A program made the translations under genes and the position numbers. DNA of 64,000 nt. It comes from Actinomycetota bacterium (GTDB lineage: Bacteria > Actinomycetota > UBA4738 > CALAEC01). This document shows positions 25,178-32,378 of the stretch, in pieces. The number at the start of each line of letters is the position of its first letter. Position 1 is the stretch's first letter. Location: assembly GCA_036001425.1 (NCBI GenBank), contig DASYUI010000035.1, positions 1,756 to 65,755 on the forward strand, read 5' to 3'. The notes beneath the pieces are model-generated. The model saw nothing but the letters and a program-made list of their open reading frames with translations. It searched no databases and was not told the DNA's origin.

Positions 25178-25890
25178 CGGGAATCGCGGGAGCGGGTGCT
25201 CCTTCCGGCCTTCGCCTGCTTCCCGGCCGGCTTTCGCTCCTCTTCCTTCTCCTTCGTAGCGTCCCCGTTGCCGGACAAGGTGCGCTGCACCCGACCACCT
25301 GCCTGGTCTCGCGTGCCTTCTGGGCCGGCGAGCTTGACGACGGGCTCCGCGAGCACCGGCGGGCCCGCCTCGACCATCCGGCGGGGGTCGAACGGCGCGG
25401 TGATCACCAGGTCCAGTGAGGGCTTGAGCTCTCCGCCAAGTGCGGACCAGACGTCGGAGAGGTTTCGGTCCTTGGGGGGCGGCAGCCCCACCTGAGAGAT
25501 GACGGCCAGCGGCTGGTCGGCCAGCGATCCGACGAGCACGTCTCGAGGCAGCGCGTCGCGACGGAGGAAGCAGGTCAGCACCGCCGCAAGGAGCCGGTGC
25601 TCGTCCTCCGGACGCTGGGTCCACGCGGTGAGGAGATAGGAAAGCTTGAATCGCCGAGGAGGCGGCCGTCGTTCGGTCACCCGGCCGGTCTTGTCCCTGA
25701 TCTCCTCGTACTCGACCTGGCGCCGCTCGAGGTCCTCCCGGATGTCGTACAGGTAGACGCTGACCGTGGGACTGTTGCGGCGGGCCGCCCAGTCCTTCGT
25801 CGGCGCGTCGAACGTCACCTCGACGTCGGCGCCGTTCAGCGCCTCGCGCCGGATGAGGTTCCGGAGCGCCTCATCGACCTCGTGGATCAT
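25174..25890 (-). CDS. DUF4255 / Pvc16-Afp16-like tail terminator (cap) protein
   Basis: 'MIHEVDEALRNLIRREAL...VEVTFDAPTKDWAARRNSPTVSVYLYDIREDLERRQ...FKLSYLLTAWTQRPEDEHRLLAAVLTCF' is the typical Pvc16 N-terminal domain pattern. Confidence 0.85.
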   Translation of the reverse strand: MIHEVDEALRNLIRREALNGADVEVTFDAPTKDWAARRNSPTVSVYLYDIREDLERRQVEYEEIRDKTGRVTERRPPPRRFKLSYLLTAWTQRPEDEHRLLAAVLTCFLRRDALPRDVLVGSLADQPLAVISQVGLPPPKDRNLSDVWSALGGELKPSLDLVITAPFDPRRMVEAGPPVLAEPVVKLAGPEGTRDQAGGRVQRTLSGNGDATKEKEEERKPAGKQAKAGRSTRSRDSR

Positions 25891-25961
25891 GCGTCCCGAT
25901 GCTCCTCTCCGGCGCTGAGGGAAGCCACCCGCCCCGGTACATTCCTTGGTGCAGTTCCGCC

Positions 25962-25975
25962 TGCCCGTTGGGGCA
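25962..25975. promoter_or_regulatory. palindrome TGCCCGTTGGGGCA upstream of the first CIS gene
   Basis: TGCCC-N4-GGGCA lies 72-85 nt upstream of the DUF4255 start. The architecture is the same as TGCCCGAATGGGCA at 22316-22329. Confidence 0.45.
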
Positions 25976-25980
25976 TCGGT

Positions 25981-26009
25981 CGGCGCCCGGCAAAGAGGGC
26001 CGGGCGCCG
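25981..26009 (-). terminator. perfect 11-bp hairpin after the LuxR-family gene
   Basis: CGGCGCCCGGC-AAAGAGG-GCCGGGCGCCG lies 24 nt downstream of the stop at 26033. It has no U-tract, which fits the I-shaped type common in GC-rich genomes. Confidence 0.5.
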
Positions 26010-26032
26010 GACGGGTCCGCGCCGATCCGAGC

Positions 26033-26659
26033 CTAGATCAGTCCCTGCCGAAGTGCGAAGGCGACCGCGTGGGACCGGTTGCGCAGATGGAACCGGGTGG
26101 TGATGTCGTGGATGATGTTCTTGATCGTCCGCTCCGAGTACGCGAGCTGCTGGGCGATCTCCGCGGTGTCCATTCCTTCGGCCACGAGCTTCAGCACGCC
26201 GAGCTCCCGCTCGGTCAGGCCCGAGAAGGTAAGACCCCGAGGAGCCAGCACATGACGCTGGAGCCTGCCCACCTGAGACAGCAAGCGTCCCAAGAGGTCA
26301 GGTGGAACGGTGCCATCGCCCTGGGCGGCCGCGACCACTGCCCTGGTCAGGATCTCAGGCGTGGCTTCCGAGCGCCGAAGGAGCCCACAGGCGCCCGCCT
26401 CGACCGCCGCCACCAGGCCACCGTCGTCGGGCCGGGCCACGACCAGGACCACCCGAGGACCGCCGCTGCGCTGGATGGCCTTGATGACCCGAAGGGTCTC
26501 ATCGTCGACCTCGTCCGCGGCGACGACCGCGACATCGGCCTGGTCGACCTCGGTCTCGCTCAGGACTTCGAGCTCAGGGCGTCCGCGAAGCTCGGCCGCG
26601 ATCCCCGCCTGTGAGATCGGGTCTCGCGCATAGACGAACACGGGTACGCGCTCCGTCAT
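26033..26659 (-). CDS. LuxR/NarL-family regulator with degenerate (pseudo-)receiver domain
   Basis: C-terminal HTH 'LTERELGVLKLVAEGMDTAEIAQQLAYSERTIKNIIHDITTRFHL'. The N-terminal REC-like fold starts 'VFVYARDPIS', where NarL has 'LLIDDHP'. Confidence 0.85.
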   Translation of the reverse strand: MTERVPVFVYARDPISQAGIAAELRGRPELEVLSETEVDQADVAVVAADEVDDETLRVIKAIQRSGGPRVVLVVARPDDGGLVAAVEAGACGLLRRSEATPEILTRAVVAAAQGDGTVPPDLLGRLLSQVGRLQRHVLAPRGLTFSGLTERELGVLKLVAEGMDTAEIAQQLAYSERTIKNIIHDITTRFHLRNRSHAVAFALRQGLI

Positions 26660-26735
26660 TTCCCCTCCTCCTCCTGCTCAGGTCCGTCGGGCATCCTAGG
26701 AGGGCAATCTTTCCGGGCACTTCACCTGGGCTTAA

Positions 26736-26766
26736 CGGGCATGGGAAGTTGCCCGGATGTTCTCCT
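26736..26766 (+). promoter_or_regulatory. conserved element CGGGCA-N8-TGCCCGGATGTTCTCCT (copy A)
   Basis: 23 fixed positions are identical to copy B at 32185..32215. It lies in the divergent region between the LuxR gene and the 26814 operon. Confidence 0.5.
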
Positions 26767-26813
26767 CGGTGGCTCTAAAGGGCTATTGACCTGCCTGGTA
26801 GTATCCTCGCGTC

Positions 26814-28097
26814 GTGGGCGCGACTGCCATGCTGCGGCCGGCCACCATTCGCGTGGATCCTGGCGGAGAGACCAGCTTCGACATCAGCGTTCGAAACACT
26901 GGGACGATTGTCGATGAGTTCTCCTTCGAGATCCGCGGGGATCCGGCTCCCTGGGCCGAGGTCGAGCCGGGGGTCCTCCGGCTGTTCCCCGGCGCGGAGG
27001 GGATCGTCACGGTCAGGTTCCGCCCTCCACGGACGCCGACGACGCGGGGGGGTCTCACACCCTTCGGCGTGAAGGTCATCTCCAAGGAGGACCCCGAGGG
27101 CACGATCGTCGAAGAGGGGACCCTCGAGGTCGGCGAGTACAGCGACAACAACGTGGAGATGATCCCCCGGACCTCCCGCGGGCGGATGGGCGCCTCTCAC
27201 GACGTCTACATCGACAATCGCGGGAACCAGCGGGTCAGCACGACCATCGACGCCACCGATCCCGACGACAACCTCCAGTTCCAGATCAGCCCGCCGTCGA
27301 CGACGGTCGACCCGGGGAACGCCACTCGGGTGAGGGTCCGGGCCCAGCCGAAGAAGCGGTTCCTCCGAGGAGCGCCGAAGACACATCCGTTCAAGGTGAT
27401 CGTCCAGCCGGAGGGCGACCAGGCCCTCCAAGCCGACGGCACCATGCTTCAGGAGCCGCTGATCCCGAAGTGGCTCATCCCGGCGCTGCTCGCCCTGGCG
27501 GCGCTGGTGCTGATCTGGTTCTTCCTCCTCAAACCGGCGGTTGAGACGGCAGCTGTGAGCGCCGTCCCCAAGAACGTCGCCAAGAACGACGAACTGGCCG
27601 CCGCCGAGGAGCGGATGAACGAGGCTCTCGCAGCCCAGGCCGCGGCGGCCGAGAAGCAGGCCAAAGCATTGCAGAAGCAGATCGACGAGCTGGCGGGTGG
27701 GGCCGCGGCCGGCGAAACCAGCGACCAGCGACTCGACCCCAGCAACGAGGCGTTCCTGGACAAGAACAACTTCGAAGCGTCGTTCACCGTCCCCAAGGGC
27801 AAGACCCTCAAGATCACCGACCTGGTCCTGCAGAACCCCGCGGGAGCGACCGGACGAATCCTCATCATCCGTGATGATCTGGTGGATGACGCGAAGGACG
27901 CCACGCTCCTCGTGTCAGCTCTCGAGAACTTCCGAGACCTCGACTACCATTTCGTGACTGCGGTGGAGATCGGGGAGGGTCAGAACCTGCTGGTGAGGGT
28001 GACGTGCGACAAGCGCGCCGGACAGACAGTCGCCGAGGCCCAATCCGCCTGTAATCAGGCGGCCGTGTACTACACCGGTTCTCTGGCCAAGGCGTAG
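26814..28097 (+). CDS. bitopic membrane protein: two Ig-like (CARDB/NEW3-like) N-terminal domains, one TM, coiled coil + beta-rich C-terminal domain
   Basis: 'ATIRVDPGGETSFDISVRNTGTIVDEFSFEIRGDPAPWAEVEPGVLRLFPGAEGIVTVRFRPP' and 'VYIDNRGNQRVSTTIDATDPDDNLQFQISPPSTTVDPGNATRVRVRAQP'. TM 'WLIPALLALAALVLIWFFLL'. There is no N-terminal signal peptide, so the N-terminus is probably cytoplasmic. GTG start; ATG 26829 is an alternative. Confidence 0.8.
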   Translation: MGATAMLRPATIRVDPGGETSFDISVRNTGTIVDEFSFEIRGDPAPWAEVEPGVLRLFPGAEGIVTVRFRPPRTPTTRGGLTPFGVKVISKEDPEGTIVEEGTLEVGEYSDNNVEMIPRTSRGRMGASHDVYIDNRGNQRVSTTIDATDPDDNLQFQISPPSTTVDPGNATRVRVRAQPKKRFLRGAPKTHPFKVIVQPEGDQALQADGTMLQEPLIPKWLIPALLALAALVLIWFFLLKPAVETAAVSAVPKNVAKNDELAAAEERMNEALAAQAAAAEKQAKALQKQIDELAGGAAAGETSDQRLDPSNEAFLDKNNFEASFTVPKGKTLKITDLVLQNPAGATGRILIIRDDLVDDAKDATLLVSALENFRDLDYHFVTAVEIGEGQNLLVRVTCDKRAGQTVAEAQSACNQAAVYYTGSLAKA

Positions 28098-28099
28098 CC

Positions 28100-29731
28100 G
28101 TGCGGCTCCGCAGCCTCTCCCTTGCCCTCCTCCTCAGCGTCTTCCTAACCGGGCTGGGACTCCCGATGGCCGCGGCCGACCCATCCGATCCGACGCCCGA
28201 CCCAACACCGACTTCGGACCCGACCCCCAGCCCGGATCCCTCCACCGATCCGACCCCGGACCCCCAGCCGACCGTGACTCCGCCCGACGACGGTGGGGCG
28301 GGAGACAACCCTCCCCCCACGCCCCCTCCCGATCAGGACGGCAAGGACGGCAAGAGCGGCAAGGGGAAGCACGGCCAGAACGGCAACCGGGACGGGAAGC
28401 GGAAGAAGGATCCGTTCGCCATGGCCGGGCCGCAAAACACGGCCACGCTCGTGTCTCTGCTCGCCGAGCTGACCCAGCGGGGAATGTCCCTCGAGAAGGC
28501 CTTCCTCAAGGTGGTCGGACCCTTCCCCGTCGCGGGCCTGGCCTGGTGGAGCGACGACTGGCACGCGCCCCGGTGTTGCCCCTTCCCGCACCTCCATCAG
28601 GGCCTCGACATCTTCGCGCCGATGGGCACCCCCTTGGTAGCGGCGGCGGATGGGTACATCAGCCAGAAAGTCAATTCCCCCTCGGCTACAGGGTTCGGCC
28701 TCGAGGTCACCGACGCCCGGAACGTCCAGTACTTCTACGCGCACCTATCGGCCTTCGAACCGGGCATCGAGGTAGGAACCCACGTCGAGATGGGCCAGGT
28801 CATCGGGTACGTGGGTGACACCGGGAACGCCCGGGGGACCATCCCCCACGTGCACTTCGAGCGCCAGCCAGACGGCGTTCCGGCCCCGCCCAAGCCCTGG
28901 GTCGACCGGTGGCTCAGGATCGCCGAGCGGAAGGCCATGCTGCTCGTGCAGGAGGTCACGGGGAGGAAGCCCAAGGTGGAGCGCCTGACCTTCCGGCTCA
29001 CCAGACTGTTCGACCTGGTCGATGCGGAGCGCACCGACCTCGACGACGCGGCCACCGGGGACGCCGGGGAAATCCTCGTGCTGACCGGCCTCCATCCGGC
29101 TGCCACGTACGACATGGCTCGGGACACTGCCGGGGCCATGGCCTGGGAGATCGACTGGGGCGACGAGGCCGTCGACCAGATCGCCACCGGGATCAAGGCG
29201 TATCGGCAGGAGTTGACCGAGCAGACGCTCATGGGCATCCTCCACGATCCCGAAGAGGGGCAAACGGCGATCCCAGCGGGCGGGATGCTTCCCGGAAGCG
29301 AGGATGTGGGCCTGGCCGAAGGCATCGGCGATCCAATGGCACCCGTCGCCACGGAGAGCGGCGCACTGGTCAACGTGCCCTCCGTTCCCGGGGGCGTGAG
29401 CGCGCACGACGGGACCGGCACGGAGGGCAGCCTCCCTGTCGGCGCGCCGGGGGCCCCGGTCGCGTCGGGCAGCCAGGTCGCCGATACGGGCACCGGCTCT
29501 TCGGTTCCCTCGATCGGCAGGGAGAGCGACACGTCGAGCTCATGGAGGGCGGGTGTCGGGCCCGGCCTGGTCAGGGTCCTTGCCCTCTACAGTGCGTTCT
29601 CGACCGGGCTCCCGGGCATGACCCAGACCCTGTGGCACGAGATCCTGGCGGCGGTGCAGGATGAGGGCGCACGCGGCCTCCTGGGAAACGAGACCGAGGC
29701 CCAGTTCCCGGCCGCCGCAGGAAGGCCCTAG
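28100..29731 (+). CDS. secreted M23 family metallopeptidase
   Basis: Signal peptide 'MRLRSLSLALLLSVFLTGLGLPMAAA' and a DPTP-rich linker. M23 motifs 'HQGLDIFAPMGTPLVAAADG' and 'GDTGNARGTIPHVHFE'. The GTG lies 2 nt after the upstream stop. Confidence 0.9.
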   Translation: MRLRSLSLALLLSVFLTGLGLPMAAADPSDPTPDPTPTSDPTPSPDPSTDPTPDPQPTVTPPDDGGAGDNPPPTPPPDQDGKDGKSGKGKHGQNGNRDGKRKKDPFAMAGPQNTATLVSLLAELTQRGMSLEKAFLKVVGPFPVAGLAWWSDDWHAPRCCPFPHLHQGLDIFAPMGTPLVAAADGYISQKVNSPSATGFGLEVTDARNVQYFYAHLSAFEPGIEVGTHVEMGQVIGYVGDTGNARGTIPHVHFERQPDGVPAPPKPWVDRWLRIAERKAMLLVQEVTGRKPKVERLTFRLTRLFDLVDAERTDLDDAATGDAGEILVLTGLHPAATYDMARDTAGAMAWEIDWGDEAVDQIATGIKAYRQELTEQTLMGILHDPEEGQTAIPAGGMLPGSEDVGLAEGIGDPMAPVATESGALVNVPSVPGGVSAHDGTGTEGSLPVGAPGAPVASGSQVADTGTGSSVPSIGRESDTSSSWRAGVGPGLVRVLALYSAFSTGLPGMTQTLWHEILAAVQDEGARGLLGNETEAQFPAAAGRP

Positions 29732-29735
29732 TCGG

Positions 29736-31811
29736 CTACCGGTTCACGAACTTGGGCGGCTGCCCTGTCGCCGGAGTGACCATGAAGTCGGCTTCCGCGA
29801 GTACCCCGGGTCCCTTGGCGCGCAGGAGCCTCGGTCCGGTGATGTCATTGTGGAAGACCAGCACCTGGCCGACGATGTTCCCGTCGACATCCGACACGAT
29901 CTCGAACCGGCCGAGCCCTGGCTTCCACTTGAGGACGATCGTCCTCTCCGGCGGGAACAGGCTCCCCTCCACGAACGGCACGAACCCGGGTGGCCCGATG
30001 TTCGGGCTCAGGGATACGATCGGCTGGAAGCCGCCTCCCAGCAAGAGTGCGGTGTCCGCTGCCGGTGATTTCGCTCGAGTGACCGCGAACAGTGCCGAGC
30101 GGACCCCCGAGGCCTTCGGGCGGAACTGGACGCCGACGAAACACTCCTCCTCGGGATGGAGCCGCACGTTCGAGCAGCCGTCGGTGTGGATGATGAAGTC
30201 GCCGGGGTTACCGGGGCCCAGTACGTCGATGGAAGCGATAGTCACCGGCCCGTCTCCCTCGTTCGCCACGCTCACGAGCTGTTCCGGGCTGGTCGTGGTG
30301 ACGATCCGGGTGTCGAACTGGATGGGGATCGGATCGATCTGGACGGTCGGCTGACGGTCGCGCACGAAGACGTCCTGGACATCGTTCCTGTCGCATCCCG
30401 CGTCGCAGATTCCGTCTTCGTTCGAGTCTTGTCCGATGAGATTCGATGCGGTCGACACGAAGGCCACGTACTGTCCGGAGTCCGAGGCCGCCGGATCACT
30501 ATTCACGCTCCGCGGGGGGGTCTCGTCGCCGTCGGCGCTGATGGAGACTCGGTTGGTCCGGCCAACGAACTGGTCGCGGACGTAGACGTCCTGCGCTCGG
30601 TTCGTGTCTCCCCGCCGAAGGGTCGAAGCCAGGGACTCGAACGCCACGTATCGGCCATCCGCGGTCATGTCGGGGTCCGTGCTCCGACCGTTTCCCGGAT
30701 TCCCGTTGGAAGCCACCGAGGCCTTGATCGTCGTCTCCGCGCTCCGGTCACGGATGAAAATGTCCCGGACACCGGACGCTGGGAGCGTCTCCAGCAACGG
30801 GAGCATGTTCGTCGCGTCGCTGGCGAAGGCCACCCATCGACCGGCCGCGTCGATGGTGGGTTGGACGCTCGCGCCGTTGGCCTGGGCCTCGGAGGTGCTG
30901 ATCGACACCCGTGAGGTGCTCTGCGTCGCGAGGTCCCTCAAGTAGATATCGCTGACGTTGTTGGTATCTGCCCCGATGAGATTGGTTGCCGTGCTGCTGA
31001 AAGCCACGAGCTGGCCGTCGCCCGAAAGCGCGGGGTCCACGCTGTCGTCGTCGCCAGCGGCACCGCTGGCCCCCGACGCCCGCGACGCAAGCTGCGTATC
31101 CACCAACCCGGCCTCGTCGTAAACCCCGTCGAGATCGGTGTCCCGGTCCCTGACGAACACATCGAAGTTGTCGCTGGTCTTGGCGGGGTCGAGGTCGTCG
31201 GAGTTGCTCACGAAGGCCACGAACCGCCCGTCCGCCGAGAGGTCGGGCTGGGTGTTGGAGCTGGAAAACCTCCCGTCGTCGTCCACGGAGACCATCACCG
31301 TGGCCACGCCACGGGCCTCGTCGAAGGTGCCGTTCCGGTCCGTGTCCCGGTCGCGGACGTACACGTAGGGCCCCCCGCAAAACTCGGAGCAGTCGGGTAT
31401 GAAGTTGGTGGCCTCGGACACGAAGGCAACGAAGCGACCATCGGCGCTGATCGCTGGGGAGTTGGAGTCGCCGTTCCCCTGCTCTCCACTGGTCAATACG
31501 GAGACCCGGACGGTGGTCCCAGCCGTGATGTCCCGGACGAATACGTCCTCGACGCCGTTCGAGTCTTCGGGGACGAGATTCGACGCGTCCGTAGCGAACG
31601 CAACCCATTGGCCGCCCGCCGAGATCGCCGGCTGAGCGCTGCCCCGGTTGGCCTGGTCTTCATCGGAGGACAGGGAAGCCAGGAACGTCGTCCCGGGGCC
31701 CTCGGACCGTGCCTGGCTCACGAACAGGAGCGACGCCACCAGGGCCAGGACGAGCGGCAGTCCCATCCTGGCTCGCCGGGAAAGGGCGCGTTTCCGCTGG
31801 CCCGGGGGCAT
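29736..31811 (-). CDS. secreted PD40/TolB-like beta-propeller repeat protein with C-terminal Ig-like (choice-of-anchor-D-like) domain
   Basis: Repeated 'S.SADGR[FYW]VAF.S.A.NL...D.N...DV[FY][VL]RD' blocks. Signal-like 'RKRALSRRARMGLPLVLALVASLLFVSQA'. Start is ambiguous (31766, 31811, 31886 or 31907). Confidence 0.85.
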   Translation of the reverse strand: MPPGQRKRALSRRARMGLPLVLALVASLLFVSQARSEGPGTTFLASLSSDEDQANRGSAQPAISAGGQWVAFATDASNLVPEDSNGVEDVFVRDITAGTTVRVSVLTSGEQGNGDSNSPAISADGRFVAFVSEATNFIPDCSEFCGGPYVYVRDRDTDRNGTFDEARGVATVMVSVDDDGRFSSSNTQPDLSADGRFVAFVSNSDDLDPAKTSDNFDVFVRDRDTDLDGVYDEAGLVDTQLASRASGASGAAGDDDSVDPALSGDGQLVAFSSTATNLIGADTNNVSDIYLRDLATQSTSRVSISTSEAQANGASVQPTIDAAGRWVAFASDATNMLPLLETLPASGVRDIFIRDRSAETTIKASVASNGNPGNGRSTDPDMTADGRYVAFESLASTLRRGDTNRAQDVYVRDQFVGRTNRVSISADGDETPPRSVNSDPAASDSGQYVAFVSTASNLIGQDSNEDGICDAGCDRNDVQDVFVRDRQPTVQIDPIPIQFDTRIVTTTSPEQLVSVANEGDGPVTIASIDVLGPGNPGDFIIHTDGCSNVRLHPEEECFVGVQFRPKASGVRSALFAVTRAKSPAADTALLLGGGFQPIVSLSPNIGPPGFVPFVEGSLFPPERTIVLKWKPGLGRFEIVSDVDGNIVGQVLVFHNDITGPRLLRAKGPGVLAEADFMVTPATGQPPKFVNR

Positions 31812-32094
31812 GCCTCCGGGCAGGGTGGAGCTGCCTTCGCCACGCGAAGGCCGGGATCCCTCGGTATGCGGGCCCATCAGGTCCATGCTCGCCGCAATGC
31901 CCCCCAACCCGGCAGAGGAGCCAGTGTAGCCCCTGGGGCAAGGGCCGGTTCCCCATGGGGCAGGTCAACCCTCGGCCGGATCGTGCTCAGCACGCCGCCG
32001 AAGGCGACCCGGTGATCGCCCAACACCCAGAGGTCACGGCTCCGTTATCCCGTCCCCGATGGGACGAGGTGATCAACTTAGTCATATCGGGCTA

Positions 32095-32123
32095 TTGAGC
32101 AACTTCTGCGCGGCCCGTAGTCT
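32095..32123 (+). promoter_or_regulatory. sigma70-like promoter candidate for the RTX gene
   Basis: TTGAGC (32095-32100), a 17-nt spacer, then TAGTCT (32118-32123). This would give a 5' UTR of about 250 nt containing element copy B. Confidence 0.3.
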
Positions 32124-32184
32124 CGTCTTTCCGACCTGGCCACCTGAATGAGTCATTCATCGCTCGCGTCTCCGGATGTCCGAA

Positions 32185-32215
32185 CGGGCAGCGCTTCCTG
32201 CCCGGATGTTCTCCT
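32185..32215 (+). promoter_or_regulatory. conserved element CGGGCA-N8-TGCCCGGATGTTCTCCT (copy B)
   Basis: Identical arms, 8-nt spacer and 17-mer as copy A. An extra CCGGATGTC lies 30 nt upstream (32172-32180). Confidence 0.5.
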
Positions 32216-32378
32216 TGTTGCCTCTGAGGTGAGCCACAATCGGCCAGTACGCTCAACCCAAGTGGTTGCTCAGGTTTCTGTTCGCTTGCCGTCAGGCGGC
32301 CGGACCGTCGTGCCCGGAGCCGCCATTTCCTTTGATCCATCGAGCGGGACCTTTGGCCCGCGAAGGAGGTCCCCGTAG

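Noticed and set aside
23087-25624. N-terminal 149-codon extension of the AAA+ ATPase ORF, with similar 5' extensions of ORFs 1922..3475, 39386..40687, 45510..46628 and 49218..51221
   Set aside because: The extensions overlap upstream genes and are Arg/Pro/Gly-rich. Internal starts with an RBS or ATGA/GTGA coupling give proteins that begin where the family homology begins.
26786-26804. TTGACC as the -35 box for the TAGTAT -10 upstream of gene 26814
   Set aside because: Only 7 nt separate the two hexamers, which is incompatible with a sigma70 spacer. Only the extended -10-like TGG-TAGTAT is kept, as a weak candidate.
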